This document shows positions 29,088 through 39,696 of a DNA stretch of 64,000 nt, one piece after another; the first letter of the stretch is position 1; each line of letters begins with the position of its first letter. The position numbers and the translations under genes are program-made. The stretch covers positions 435,232-499,231 of the forward strand of contig CAKOXT010000001.1 in NCBI GenBank assembly GCA_934130285.1, written 5' to 3'. The notes below the pieces were generated by a model. The model did no database searches and was not told the origin of the DNA. It saw only the letters and a program-made list of their open reading frames with translations. The DNA comes from an uncultured Clostridia bacterium. GTDB taxonomy: Bacteria > Bacillota > Clostridia > TANB77 > CAG-508.

Positions 29088-30398
29088 TTACGCCGTCTCT
29101 GATTTATCAGTTTTGCGCATTTTCTTTTTATTTGTTTGTTTTGTAAGAGTTACAGGCTTTTTATTTTCGTCTATTATCAATTCTGGCTCTTTATTTTCAA
29201 GTACTGTTTCTTTTGTAATTATACATTTAGCAATTTTTTTATTATTTGGTATTTCATACATTACATCTCTCATTATTTCTTCAATGATTGATCTTAATCC
29301 TCTAGCTCCTGTCTTTCTTTCAATAGCTTTATCTACAATTACTTCTAGAGCTTCTTTATCAAATTCTAGTTCAACACCATCTAATTCAACTAACTTTTTA
29401 TATTGTTTTACTAATGCATTTTTAGGTTTTGTAACAATTTCTACTAATGCTTCTCTTGTTAGTTCATCAAGTGTTGCCACAATTGGAAGTCTTCCTACAA
29501 ATTCAGGAATCATTCCAAATTTCAATAAATCTTGTGGTAAAATTTGCTTATATATTTCAGATTGACTAATTTCTTTTTTAGATTCTACACTCGTTCCGAA
29601 TCCTATTGTATTTTTTCCTGTTCTATCCTTTATAATTGATTCTATTCCTTCAAATGCCCCTCCACAAATAAACAAAATATTTTCAGTATTTATTTGCAAG
29701 AATTCTTGATGAGGATGTTTTCTTCCTCCTTGTGGTGGAACTGAAGCTTTTGTTCCTTCAATTATTTTTAATAATGCTTGTTGAACACCTTCTCCACTTA
29801 CATCACGTGTAATTGATGGATTTTCAGATTTTCTTGAAATTTTATCAATTTCATCTATATAGATGATTCCCTTTTCAGCATTTTCAATATTGTAATCTGC
29901 TGCTTGAATTAATCTAAGTAAAATATTTTCAACATCTTCTCCAACATATCCAGCTTCTGTAAGTGTTGTTGCATCTGCTATTGCAAAAGGAACATTTAAA
30001 ACTTTTGCTAGTGTTTGTGCAAGTAATGTTTTTCCACATCCTGTTGGGCCTAATAATAAAATATTACTTTTTTGTATTTCAACATCATTTACTTTTTCAA
30101 GATTGTTTATTCTTTTGTAATGGTTGTACACTGCAACAGATAATGTTTTTTTAGCATCTTCTTGACCTATTACATATTCATCAAGAATTGTTTTTATCTC
30201 TTGTGGTGTTGGTATTTTTTCTTCTTCTACTTCTTCAAATTCTTCATCTTCTTCGTAGAATTCGTCTTCTATAATTTCTTGGCATACGTTAATACACTCA
30301 TCGCAAATGTATACTCCTGGTCCTGCAATTATCTTTTTTACGCTGTCTTGTGATTTACCACAAAAAGAGCATTTTACATTTCTAGTATTATTTGGCAT
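29088..30398 (-). CDS. clpX: ATP-dependent Clp protease ATP-binding subunit ClpX
   Basis: N-terminal zinc-binding C4 (CSFCGK...CDEC), Walker A GPTGCGKT, length 436 aa. Adjacent to clpP. Confidence 0.9.
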   Translation of the reverse strand: MPNNTRNVKCSFCGKSQDSVKKIIAGPGVYICDECINVCQEIIEDEFYEEDEEFEEVEEEKIPTPQEIKTILDEYVIGQEDAKKTLSVAVYNHYKRINNLEKVNDVEIQKSNILLLGPTGCGKTLLAQTLAKVLNVPFAIADATTLTEAGYVGEDVENILLRLIQAADYNIENAEKGIIYIDEIDKISRKSENPSITRDVSGEGVQQALLKIIEGTKASVPPQGGRKHPHQEFLQINTENILFICGGAFEGIESIIKDRTGKNTIGFGTSVESKKEISQSEIYKQILPQDLLKFGMIPEFVGRLPIVATLDELTREALVEIVTKPKNALVKQYKKLVELDGVELEFDKEALEVIVDKAIERKTGARGLRSIIEEIMRDVMYEIPNNKKIAKCIITKETVLENKEPELIIDENKKPVTLTKQTNKKKMRKTDKSETA

Positions 30399-30426
30399 TC
30401 TTTCACCTCTTTATTTATCTTCAAAA

Positions 30427-31023
30427 TTACATTCTTTTGTCTAGGATTCCATCAATTAATCCGTATTTCAAAGCTTCTTCTGCTGTCATATAGTTGTCTC
30501 TTTCTGTATCTCTCTCAATTGTTTCTAAGCTTTGACCTGTTCTTTCACTTAATAATTTATTTAATTTTTCTCTTGTTCTTACCATATGATCAGCATGAAT
30601 TTTTATTTCTGTTGTTTGTCCTGATAATCCTCCTGAGATTAATGGTTGATGTATTAAAATTTCTGCATTTGGTGTAGCAAATCTCTTACCTTTTGCTCCT
30701 GATGCTAGTAATACGGCTCCCATACTTGCTGCCATACCAACACAGATTGTAGATACTGGGCATTTTATGTAATTGATTGTATCTACTATTGCCATTCCAT
30801 CTGTGATTGATCCACCTGGGCTATTAATGTATAATGATATTTCTTTATCAGGATCTTCTGATTCTAAGAATAATAATTGTGCTACAACTAAGCTTGCAGA
30901 AGCACTATTTACATCTTCTGATAAAAATATTATTCTGTCTTTTAATAATCTTGAGAATATATCGTATGATCTTTCTCCTTTACTTGTTTGTTCTATAACA
31001 TATGGTACTAAACTGTTTTCCAT
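30427..31023 (-). CDS. clpP: ATP-dependent Clp protease proteolytic subunit
   Basis: 198 aa with the catalytic region [11 protein letters not shown] and IHQP. Confidence 0.9.
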   Translation of the reverse strand: MENSLVPYVIEQTSKGERSYDIFSRLLKDRIIFLSEDVNSASASLVVAQLLFLESEDPDKEISLYINSPGGSITDGMAIVDTINYIKCPVSTICVGMAASMGAVLLASGAKGKRFATPNAEILIHQPLISGGLSGQTTEIKIHADHMVRTREKLNKLLSERTGQSLETIERDTERDNYMTAEEALKYGLIDGILDKRM

Positions 31024-31278
31024 TTATTTCACTTTCCTTTCTTGCTTTTGTAGGTTCTTCCTACAAAAAATTCTTTAATATAAATATCATATTTGATATA
31101 TAAAAGTCAATTGTTTATAATATCTTTTAGCTTTCAATTATCCTCATTTTTCGATGTTTTTCTAGAATTTATCCATTTTAATGAAGCAATTATATTTTTT
31201 ATTATATGCAAAAAGAGTAAAGATTTTCTTTACCCTTTTTATTGACTCTTTATATTTTATTATTCAAATATTATAGAA

Positions 31279-32562
31279 TTATTTTATTTTTGCATTATCT
31301 ACTATGTATTTGATAGCTTTTTCTGTTTCTAAACTTGAAGAAACATATTTTTTGAATTCTTCATTTTTCTTTAATTCATCAGCTTCTCTTCCATAAGTTT
31401 TAGCTAATTCTTCAATTTTTTCATTTAGTTCTTCTTCTGTTACTAAGATTTTAGCATCTTTTGTAACAGCTTCTAATACTAATCTTGTTTTAACAGATAC
31501 TTCAGCTTGTGGTTTCATTTCATCTCTGAAAGCTTCTTCTGTTTTGTTTAATATTTTTAAATATTGTTGTAAATTAACACCTTGGTATGCTAATCTTCTA
31601 TCAAGATCATCAGCCATTGCATCTATTTCGTTTTCAATCATTCCTGATGGAATTTCTACTTTTGCATTTTCGCAAACTGCTTCGATAGCTTTGTCTTCTA
31701 TTTCATGTTTTGCTCTGTGTTCGTTTTGTTCTTCTAAGTTTTTCTTTATATCAGCTTTTAATTCAGCTATTGTATCAAATTCACTTACGTCTTTTGCAAA
31801 ATCATCGTCCATTTCTGGTAATTCTTTTGCTTTGATTTCATGTAATTTTACTTTAAATACAGCATCTTTTCCAGCTAAATCTTTTGAAAAATATTCATCT
31901 GGGAATTTTACTTTAATATCTTTTTCTTCATCAATTTTCATTCCAACAACTTGGTCTTCAAATCCTTCGATGAAGCTGTGGCTTCCTAATTCTAATTCAT
32001 GGTTTTCAGCTTTTCCACCTTCAAATGCAACACCATCTACTGATCCTTCAAAATCAATAACTGCTATATCTCCTTCTTTAGCAGGTCTATCTTCTACAGT
32101 AATTACTCTTGCATTCTTTTCAGCCATATGTCCTAATTCATGTTCGATATCTTTATCTTCTACTTTATATTCAACTTTTTTAAGTTCAATTCCTTTATAT
32201 TTACCTAATTCAACTTCTGGTTTTGTTTGAACAACTGCTGTAAATATTAAGTCTTTTCCTTTTTCCATTTGAACTATATCAATTTCTGGTTTGCTAACAA
32301 CGTCTAAGTTGTTCTCTTTTATTTCTTTATCATAGATTGCTGGAACTACTTCATTAAATGCGTCTTCATAGAACATTTCAACTCCATAATGTTTTTCAGC
32401 AATGTTCATTGGTACTTTTCCTTTTCTGAATCCTGGAACATTGAAGTATTTTGCATTTTTCTTGAATACTGTTGCAATTCCGTCCTCAAATACTTTTGCA
32501 TCAATTGTAAATTCAAGTTTTAATTCATTGTTATTTTCTGTTTTTTCTATTTTGATACTCAT
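31279..32562 (-). CDS. tig: Trigger factor
   Basis: 427 aa with a central PPIase (FKBP-like) region (GFRKGKVP) and acidic C-terminal arm domains. Confidence 0.9.
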   Translation of the reverse strand: MSIKIEKTENNNELKLEFTIDAKVFEDGIATVFKKNAKYFNVPGFRKGKVPMNIAEKHYGVEMFYEDAFNEVVPAIYDKEIKENNLDVVSKPEIDIVQMEKGKDLIFTAVVQTKPEVELGKYKGIELKKVEYKVEDKDIEHELGHMAEKNARVITVEDRPAKEGDIAVIDFEGSVDGVAFEGGKAENHELELGSHSFIEGFEDQVVGMKIDEEKDIKVKFPDEYFSKDLAGKDAVFKVKLHEIKAKELPEMDDDFAKDVSEFDTIAELKADIKKNLEEQNEHRAKHEIEDKAIEAVCENAKVEIPSGMIENEIDAMADDLDRRLAYQGVNLQQYLKILNKTEEAFRDEMKPQAEVSVKTRLVLEAVTKDAKILVTEEELNEKIEELAKTYGREADELKKNEEFKKYVSSSLETEKAIKYIVDNAKIK

Positions 32563-32631
32563 CTTAATTCCTCCATTTTTATTTTAATAGCTTTTTTATT
32601 ATACCACATAATCCAATAATTGCAAGCTTTT

Positions 32632-33435
32632 TTACGTTTTACTTTCTTTTGGTTTTACAACTGGAATAAATTGTTTTATAAATTTTCCATCGCCTCTTTG
32701 TTTTATATACAAATATCCTAAAGTTGAAAACACTACTGCTCCTATGCAATTTACTATCAAATCCTTCATTGTATCTATTAATCCAATATCAAGTGCTCCA
32801 TTTTGAATTATTATTTCTGTTTCTTTGTCATTTATTTCACCTTTTATTGTGCTTTCTTTTATATGTTTTATAACTACTGGTTTGTTTTCTTTATTTTCAT
32901 TTAGTGATACTGATGAAACAGTTGATACTATCCTATCTTTTTGCATATCTGTTTTTGTAAAAGTATCCATTCCGTATTCAAAAAATTCCCACATTACTCC
33001 AACAGTCATTGAAAAGCAGAATGCAACTAATGCCACAAATACAGGTGATAATTTTATTGAAAACTTTTCACTTTGATTTAATATGTCAATTAGTGAAAAG
33101 CCTATTGCAGCCATGATAAATCCATTTATCGTGTGTAGCATAGTGTCCCATTGCTTAAAAATTCCATAGAAGTTTTGAATTTCTCCTAGTATTTCAGCTG
33201 CAAATATAAAAACAAGTATTATTGTTTCTAGTACTGTTGGTAATTTTATATTTAATTTTTTATCTACTATTGATGGTATCATTAGTAAAAATAATGTTAA
33301 TATGCATAAGAATACATCATTCCAATTTTTATGTACTATCTGTAATATCATTGTTATTATAACTAATGTTCTTAGTACAATATATACAGACAGGTCTCTT
33401 ACTTTATGTGGTTTCTTTATTTTTTCTTTTTTCAT
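32632..33435 (-). CDS. Hypothetical polytopic membrane protein (267 aa)
   Basis: Four to five TM helices in the N-terminal 170 aa and a soluble C-terminal domain. No family recognised. Confidence 0.4.
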   Translation of the reverse strand: MKKEKIKKPHKVRDLSVYIVLRTLVIITMILQIVHKNWNDVFLCILTLFLLMIPSIVDKKLNIKLPTVLETIILVFIFAAEILGEIQNFYGIFKQWDTMLHTINGFIMAAIGFSLIDILNQSEKFSIKLSPVFVALVAFCFSMTVGVMWEFFEYGMDTFTKTDMQKDRIVSTVSSVSLNENKENKPVVIKHIKESTIKGEINDKETEIIIQNGALDIGLIDTMKDLIVNCIGAVVFSTLGYLYIKQRGDGKFIKQFIPVVKPKESKT

Positions 33436-33617
33436 ATATTAATTTCCTTTTTTAATAATTATCGCACTCTTATATTTTTATTTTGCATTTATGCAATAAT
33501 TTATATTTGAAAGTAAAAAAATCTTTTAATAATATAAAAAAGCATACATAATTGTGTGCTTTTTTAGCTGTGTCTATTATAATAGAAAAAGCCACAGAAG
33601 TTGTGGCTTTTAGTTTA

Positions 33618-34493
33618 TTATTTTATTTGTTTCATAACTTCTTCAGCAAAGTTTTCTTCTTTTTTCTCGATTCCTTCACCTTTTTCTAATCTTGCAAAAG
33701 CTACAAGTTTAGCACCTTTTGAATTGATTAAATCTCCAACTTTTACACTTGGATCTTTAACAAATTCTTGATCTAATAAACAGATTTCTCCATAGAATTT
33801 ACCAATTCTTCCATGTACCATTTTTTCAGCTATTTCAGCTGGTTTTCCTTCGTTCATAGCTTGAACTTTAAGGATTTCCATTTCTTTTTCAACTTGTTCT
33901 TGTGGTACATCTTCTCTTGATAAATATTCTGGTTTAGCTGCTGCTATTTGCATACATACGTCTTTAGCTAATTCTTCTTCACCTTTTTCAAAGTTAACTA
34001 ATACACCGATTTTTCCATCTCCGTGTACATAGCTTTCAACTAATCCTTCTGATTCAAATCTTGTGAATCTTCTGATTGACATGTTTTCACCTATAGTAGC
34101 AATTTTTCCTGTTAATACTTCTTGAACTGTGCTATCTGTATCTAAGTATTTTTGAGATAATAAATCTTCTACTGTTGCTGGATTTTTTGTAGCTACTTGT
34201 TTTGCTATATCAGCAACAAATGATCTGAATTCTTCATTCTTTGCAACGAAGTCTGTTTCAGCATTAACTTCAACAACACTTCCTACTTTTTTGTCATCTG
34301 AAACATATGTTGCTACAAGTCCTTCTGCTGCAACTCTTGAAGATTTTTTAGCTGCTTTTGCTATTCCTCTTTCTCTTAATAGTTCAGCTGCTTTTTCCAT
34401 ATCTCCATCAGTTTCTGTTAAAACTTTTTTGCAGTCCATCATTCCAGCACCTGTTTTTTCTCTTAATTGTTTAACTAATTCTGCAGTAATCAT
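33618..34493 (-). CDS. tsf: Elongation factor Ts
   Basis: MITAELVKQLREKTGAGMMDCKKVLTE...AAELLRERG is the EF-Ts UBA-like N-terminus. Size 291 aa. Downstream of rpsB. Confidence 0.9.
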   Translation of the reverse strand: MITAELVKQLREKTGAGMMDCKKVLTETDGDMEKAAELLRERGIAKAAKKSSRVAAEGLVATYVSDDKKVGSVVEVNAETDFVAKNEEFRSFVADIAKQVATKNPATVEDLLSQKYLDTDSTVQEVLTGKIATIGENMSIRRFTRFESEGLVESYVHGDGKIGVLVNFEKGEEELAKDVCMQIAAAKPEYLSREDVPQEQVEKEMEILKVQAMNEGKPAEIAEKMVHGRIGKFYGEICLLDQEFVKDPSVKVGDLINSKGAKLVAFARLEKGEGIEKKEENFAEEVMKQIK

Positions 34494-34517
34494 TGATATA
34501 TCCCCCTTATTATTAAA

Positions 34518-35297
34518 TTATTCTTTAACTTCTTCAGCGTCTTCGTTTGCAACAACTTCTTCTATATCAGTTGCTTCTTCAGCTTCTGGCATTTCTGTTT
34601 CAACGTCAGCTGCTTCTCCTTGTCTTCCTTCAATAACAGCGTTAGCCATAACGTCTGTAATTAATTTTACAGCTCTTATAGCATCGTCATTACCTGGAAT
34701 TGGGTAATCAACATCTTCTGGATTACAGTTTGTATCTACTAATCCAACTACTGGTATATTTAATTTTCTAGCTTCTAAGATAGCAATTCTTTCTTTTTTA
34801 GGATCAACTACGAACATAACTCCTGGTATTTCTTTCATCTCTTTGATTCCACCAAGATTTTTTTCTAGTTTTTCCATTTCAGCTTTTAATCCAATAACTT
34901 CTTTTTTAGGTAATACATCGAATGTACCATCTTCAGCCATTGTTTCTAATTCTTTTAATCTTGCAACTCTTCCTTGAATTGTATTGAAGTTTGTAAGCAT
35001 ACCACCTAACCATCTTTGGTCAACATAGTACATATTGCATTTGATTGCTGCTTCTTTAATACATTCTTGAGCTTGTTTTTTAGTTCCAACAAATAGAACT
35101 GTTTTTCCTTCTTCAGCTTGTTCTTTTAAGAACTTATAAGCCTCGTCTAATTTTTTTGATGTTTTTTGTAAATCGATAATGTGGATACCATTTCTAGCTT
35201 GGAATATGTATTCAGCCATTTTAGGTTCCCATCTTCTAGTTTGATGTCCAAAGTGAACACCTGCTTCTAGTAATTGTTTCATTGCAACTACTGCCAT
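34518..35297 (-). CDS. rpsB: 30S ribosomal protein S2 (start reassigned to [19 protein letters not shown])
   Basis: AAGGAGG lies 8 nt upstream of the ATG at 35297. The ORF-track start at 35348 is an upstream in-frame extension. Confidence 0.9.
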   Translation of the reverse strand: MAVVAMKQLLEAGVHFGHQTRRWEPKMAEYIFQARNGIHIIDLQKTSKKLDEAYKFLKEQAEEGKTVLFVGTKKQAQECIKEAAIKCNMYYVDQRWLGGMLTNFNTIQGRVARLKELETMAEDGTFDVLPKKEVIGLKAEMEKLEKNLGGIKEMKEIPGVMFVVDPKKERIAILEARKLNIPVVGLVDTNCNPEDVDYPIPGNDDAIRAVKLITDVMANAVIEGRQGEAADVETEMPEAEEATDIEEVVANEDAEEVKE

Positions 35298-35413
35298 TTT
35301 AAATTCCTCCTTGTTTTTTATACTTCCGCAAGCCTTGATTTTTAGCATTTAGGGTCACTAGATATTACTAGCACAAGCCTAAACTAAACTTGCGTGCTTT
35401 TTAACGCTTTGTT

Positions 35414-35442
35414 ATTATACCAGACTTTTTAAGGTTTGGCAA
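35414..35442 (-). promoter_or_regulatory. Near-consensus sigma-A promoter for rpsB-tsf (TTGCCA-17-TATAAT)
   Basis: Minus-strand sequence ttgccaaaccttaaaaagtctggtataat. Confidence 0.5.
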
Positions 35443-35604
35443 TACTTTTAGCTATTTTTCTATGTATCTTCTATTTTTTATTAGCATTTCTTAACTTTTA
35501 TTTTATTTATCTTAATTTAATTCCATGTTCTTAATTAAATGCTTCGCATACTACTTATTTTTTAACTATATTTTATTGCGTTTTACATTACAAAGTTTTT
35601 CATT

Positions 35605-35640
35605 AATTATAAAAAAAGAAAGGGTGGCTTTTAATTGCTC
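35605..35640 (-). terminator. Rho-independent terminator downstream of the 70-aa GC-rich ORF
   Basis: gagggtggagcaattaaaagccaccct followed by tttcttttttt on the minus strand. Confidence 0.5.
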
Positions 35641-35667
35641 CACCCTCTTAGAGAACTGATTTTTCTC

Positions 35668-35880
35668 TTACATTTTCTGATACTTGACCCTCCCATCATG
35701 CCGAGTTATCTTATAGTCTATCTCAGCCATAGACAGAAACGTTTCGATAAAGTCCGAATTATCGGCTTCCCCTCTTTCATAAAGGGTAGCGTCTGGCAAG
35801 CTAAATCTTAACCTCCTAATCTCGCCCAGTTGTCCTTCTTCAGAAATTACTTGATCCAAAAACCGCCTACTTAAAATCAT
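35668..35880 (-). CDS. Hypothetical 70-aa protein in a G+C-elevated cassette
   Basis: Strong RBS gggaggtaagagagATG. The coding sequence is markedly GC-richer than its flanks. It has its own terminator, and a terminator lies upstream at about 36000..36045. No family recognised. Confidence 0.5.
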   Translation of the reverse strand: MILSRRFLDQVISEEGQLGEIRRLRFSLPDATLYERGEADNSDFIETFLSMAEIDYKITRHDGRVKYQKM

Positions 35881-36046
35881 CTCTCTTACCTCCCTATATG
35901 GAAATGTATTTATTTTAGCACTGTTTACATAAATTGTCTAGTAGCTAATTCTTTTTTCTAAATATTTAACTAATCTTTCATTTTATTTCATAAAAAAAGC
36001 CTACATGACTCGTACTAAAAAGCACGAGTTCATATAAGCTTTGATT

Positions 36047-36751
36047 TTAATAAACTTTTTGCAATTCAAAATTAAGATAATCTGCACTAATTAATTTGTA
36101 TTCGACTCCATACAATTCATAATCTTTTACATTCCAATAGGCTTGTTCTCCATGTAAATGTCCATAATAACATTTACGTATATTGAATTTTCCCATTATC
36201 TCTGCATATGGGTTAATATTATTACTTTCCGGTTTTTCATATGGTGGATAATGCATTAAAACTATGATTTCTTTTGAATCTCCATATTCTTTTTTTATCG
36301 AATTAAGTTCCATTTCTAATCTCAATTTTTCACGTCTTAATATCTTATTGTCTTCTTCTTTTCCATTTATAACCCAGCCATGTACACCTGTTATTATTTT
36401 ATCTTCAAATATGTAATAATTATTTTGAATAAAATCTATATTTTGAAATTTATTGTCTTTTATAAATTTTCTCATTTTAGCAAGAGTAGTCCACCAATAA
36501 TCATGATTGCCTTTAAGTAGTAATTTTTTTCCCGGCAAACTATCTAAATATTCAAAATCTTTTTTGGTATCTTCTAGTCTCATTGCCCATGAAAAGTCAC
36601 CTGGCAATAAAACTAAATCATCTTCTTTTACTTTTTCTTTCCAACTGTTTGCTATTTTCTCATCGTGTTTTTCCCAATTACTTCCGAATATGTCCATTGG
36701 TTTATTTGTGCCAAATGACAAATGCAAATCAGCTATTACAAAGATTGACAT
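36047..36751 (-). CDS. Metallophosphoesterase (calcineurin-like phosphoesterase) family protein
   Basis: Motifs DLHLS, GDFS, GNHDYW and a His-rich C-terminal region (GHLHG). Confidence 0.7.
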   Translation of the reverse strand: MSIFVIADLHLSFGTNKPMDIFGSNWEKHDEKIANSWKEKVKEDDLVLLPGDFSWAMRLEDTKKDFEYLDSLPGKKLLLKGNHDYWWTTLAKMRKFIKDNKFQNIDFIQNNYYIFEDKIITGVHGWVINGKEEDNKILRREKLRLEMELNSIKKEYGDSKEIIVLMHYPPYEKPESNNINPYAEIMGKFNIRKCYYGHLHGEQAYWNVKDYELYGVEYKLISADYLNFELQKVY

Positions 36752-37755
36752 TATCTTGTTTCTCCTAATTTTAAATTTGGTATTGCATTTAATGTTAAGT
36801 CTGATCTTTTTCCTTTTATATAATTATAATATCCTGCTGATGCAATCATCGCAGCGTTATCTGTGCATAAAACTAATTCTGGAAAATAAATTTCTAACTT
36901 ATTTTTTTCTGATAGTTTTTCAAGTCTATTTCTTATGTATGAATTTGCAGATACTCCTCCTGCTAAAACAATTTTATTTATATGTGTTTCTTTAATAGCT
37001 CTTTTTATGTTGTTTTCTAGCATATCTGTTGCTGCCTTTTCAAAGCTTAAACATAAATCTGCTTTATTTATATTTGGATTTTTATGATTCAAATTTATAA
37101 CTGCTGTTTTTATTCCACTAAATGAAAAATCCATGTTATCCATATGTGTTACTGGTAAATCTATTATCTCTTTTCCTTCTTTGGCAAGTTTATCAACTTT
37201 TGGCCCTCCTGGATATCCTAATCCAACAACTCTTGCAACTTTATCAAAAGCTTCTCCTATAGCGTCATCTCTTGTTTTGCCTAAAACTTCAAATTCTGTA
37301 TAGTCTTTTACATGCACAATTTGAGTATTTCCTCCTGACATCATTAAGCATAGAAATGGTGGTTTTAAATCTTTATGTGTTATATAATTTCCAGCAATGT
37401 GTCCTTCAATATGATTTACTCCTAGTAATGGTTTACCAGATGCAAAGCTTAGTCCTTTAGCGTATGATACACCTACAAGTAATGCTCCTACTAAACCTGG
37501 GCCGTAAGTCGTACATATTACATCAATATCTTCTATTGACATATTTGCCTCTTTTAAAGCCTGTTTTGTAACTTGATTTATTACTTCAGTGTGACATCTT
37601 GATGCAATTTCGGGAACAACTCCGCCATAGTTTTCGTGAATTTTTATTTGTGTATTAATTACATTTGAAAGTATTTCTCTTCCATTTTTAACTATTGCTA
37701 CTGATGTTTCATCACAGCTTGATTCAATTCCTAATACATATATATCTTTTTCCAT
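36751..37755 (-). CDS. tsaD: tRNA N6-adenosine threonylcarbamoyltransferase
   Basis: N-terminus [16 protein letters not shown] plus Kae1/TsaD core motifs. Size 334 aa. Confidence 0.9.
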   Translation of the reverse strand: MEKDIYVLGIESSCDETSVAIVKNGREILSNVINTQIKIHENYGGVVPEIASRCHTEVINQVTKQALKEANMSIEDIDVICTTYGPGLVGALLVGVSYAKGLSFASGKPLLGVNHIEGHIAGNYITHKDLKPPFLCLMMSGGNTQIVHVKDYTEFEVLGKTRDDAIGEAFDKVARVVGLGYPGGPKVDKLAKEGKEIIDLPVTHMDNMDFSFSGIKTAVINLNHKNPNINKADLCLSFEKAATDMLENNIKRAIKETHINKIVLAGGVSANSYIRNRLEKLSEKNKLEIYFPELVLCTDNAAMIASAGYYNYIKGKRSDLTLNAIPNLKLGETR

Positions 37756-37773
37756 TTTATATTACCTTCTCTT

Positions 37774-38520
37774 TTATATGAATATAGAAAAAATTGCATT
37801 AACACAAATTTCTAATCCTTTCATTATTACAGAAATTATTGGTGTTGTTATATAACTTAATGCATCTGTAACAAACAATAGTAAAAATATTATTGAAATA
37901 ATCTCCATATGTTCATCAATCCATCTTTGTGCTCTATATGGCAAGAATCTCAAGAAAATTTTTGAACCGTCTAGTGGTGGAATTGGAATTAAATTGAACA
38001 CGCCAAGTCCTATATTTACTACGATTGCATAATATATCATTGTTATTACAACATTCATAACATTTATAGCTTTTAATGAACTTAACACTCCTGTTCCTGG
38101 TATAAATATTATCATAGCATAGAATATTATCATTAATATAAAAGCCAAAATAAAATTCATTACAGGTCCTGCTAATGCAACTAATGCTTCTCCTTTTTCT
38201 TTTGAAACTTTAGAAAAATTATTTGGATTTATTTGTACTGGTTTCCCCCAGCCCATATGTGCGAATATTAATAAAAATATTCCAACTGGATCTATGTGTT
38301 TTAATGGATCTAATGTTAATCTTCCTTGATTTCTTGGAGTTGGATCTCCTAATCTATCTGCAACAAATGCATGTGCAAATTCATGAAAAGATAGTGCTAT
38401 AATTACGCCTGGCAAAGTTAATAATGTTGCAACTAAGTTAAATGTAGCTAGATTAAATAGTGTTAATGCTAATAATGCTGCCATTATTATATATACTGTT
38501 TTTCTATCTATTTGGTACAT
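37774..38520 (-). CDS. Site-2 protease family (peptidase M50) zinc metalloprotease
   Basis: HEFAHAF (HExxH) lies within a TM helix. Polytopic membrane protein of 248 aa. Confidence 0.7.
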   Translation of the reverse strand: MYQIDRKTVYIIMAALLALTLFNLATFNLVATLLTLPGVIIALSFHEFAHAFVADRLGDPTPRNQGRLTLDPLKHIDPVGIFLLIFAHMGWGKPVQINPNNFSKVSKEKGEALVALAGPVMNFILAFILMIIFYAMIIFIPGTGVLSSLKAINVMNVVITMIYYAIVVNIGLGVFNLIPIPPLDGSKIFLRFLPYRAQRWIDEHMEIISIIFLLLFVTDALSYITTPIISVIMKGLEICVNAIFSIFI

Positions 38521-38623
38521 AATATTTTCCTCCTATAATAAGGTTTCTTTTGTTTTGAAAATCTGTTGCAATTATAACATATTTTTCAAATTTATCAAAT
38601 ATATATTTTGATGTCTATACAAT

Positions 38624-39622
38624 TTATACCATATATTCTATTTTGTTACTTGGAAAATATTTTGCTAACTCTGCTTCAAAAAATCTTTTTCCATCTTCTC
38701 TTAGCTCTTGCTTATACATATATTTTCCTTTTCCTCTTCCTTGCATCTTTTCCTTTTCGTATATTTTAAGTGCATTTGGAAATGCTTCTGTATTAATTTT
38801 GTCGTGTACAAAACTATATGTCATAAATATTACTTCAAAAAATACTTTTGATTTACTTTTTGGAGTTAGCTTTGCTTCTAATTCTTTAATTAGGTCATGA
38901 TATTTTTGTTTCCAATCTTCTATCATTATTACAGGTGCTATTAAAATTCCTGTTTTATATCCCGCTTCCTTTAACTGATTTATTGCTTGGATTCTTTTTT
39001 CTAAACTTGATGTTCCTAATTCCACTCTATTAATAATTTCTTTTGGATTGACACTCATTCTTATAGTTATTTTTCCTTGATGGTCTAATCCTAATATCGG
39101 CTCTACCATTGAAAATTTTGTTGGTAATGTTAGTTCTCCTTTTTTACTATCTTTAAAATTTTCTATAGTCCATACTAAATTATTTGTAATTGTGTTTTCT
39201 AAAATTAAGTCACTATTACTTCCTATTTCAAAAGTTAATTCTTTATCAGCTTTTTCCGCTGTTTTTATTATTTTTTCTAACATTTTCTCTCTATTTACAA
39301 ATAACCTCAAATAAGCACACTTATTGTAGTTACATACTAAATAGCAATACATACATGCAGCTGTGCACCCAGATGATGTATATGGAACTAAAAAATCTGA
39401 TGTCTTATGGTTAGGTACAAACTTATGCGTTTTCCTAACTCCAATTATTAAATTTCTTTTCATATTCATAAATTCTTTATTTGATTTGCTTCGCATTTCT
39501 TCTATATTATTATGGTTTTCAATTTCATGTTTTGGTATATTCTCATATTTCTTCATAAGCTCTTCTCCTAAGGTGTAATCTAAAATTTCTTTTTCATAAT
39601 AAATATTTTCTGGTATAAACAT
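38624..39622 (-). CDS. splB: Spore photoproduct lyase-family radical SAM protein
   Basis: CTAACMYCYL (CxxxCxxC) within the F.PYTSSGC...YCYL context, which matches the SplB pattern. Size 332 aa. Confidence 0.6.
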   Translation of the reverse strand: MFIPENIYYEKEILDYTLGEELMKKYENIPKHEIENHNNIEEMRSKSNKEFMNMKRNLIIGVRKTHKFVPNHKTSDFLVPYTSSGCTAACMYCYLVCNYNKCAYLRLFVNREKMLEKIIKTAEKADKELTFEIGSNSDLILENTITNNLVWTIENFKDSKKGELTLPTKFSMVEPILGLDHQGKITIRMSVNPKEIINRVELGTSSLEKRIQAINQLKEAGYKTGILIAPVIMIEDWKQKYHDLIKELEAKLTPKSKSKVFFEVIFMTYSFVHDKINTEAFPNALKIYEKEKMQGRGKGKYMYKQELREDGKRFFEAELAKYFPSNKIEYMV

Positions 39623-39696
39623 AAAAAAATCATCCTTTCTATAATATTTTCTCCTCTTTTAAGAAAAAATATTTGAAAGAATGATCTTTTATTTTT

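Noticed and set aside
31024-31278. CtsR operator or terminator in the clpP upstream region
   Set aside because: No GGTCAAA-NAN-GGTCAAA direct repeat is present on either strand. The gtagg...cctac hairpin is flanked by A/T runs in the wrong orientation for a minus-strand terminator.
35349-35667. Possibility that GC-rich islets are structured ncRNAs (RNase P RNA, tmRNA, SRP RNA, 6S) rather than protein genes
   Set aside because: I looked for universal motifs (RNase P GGAAAGUCC, tmRNA tag-ORF / T-arm GGUUCGAUUCC, SRP domain IV) and found none. Each islet instead has a clean RBS-ATG-ORF-terminator layout. Islet 2 is too short for RNase P or tmRNA. A small unrecognised ncRNA overlapping the ORFs is not excluded.
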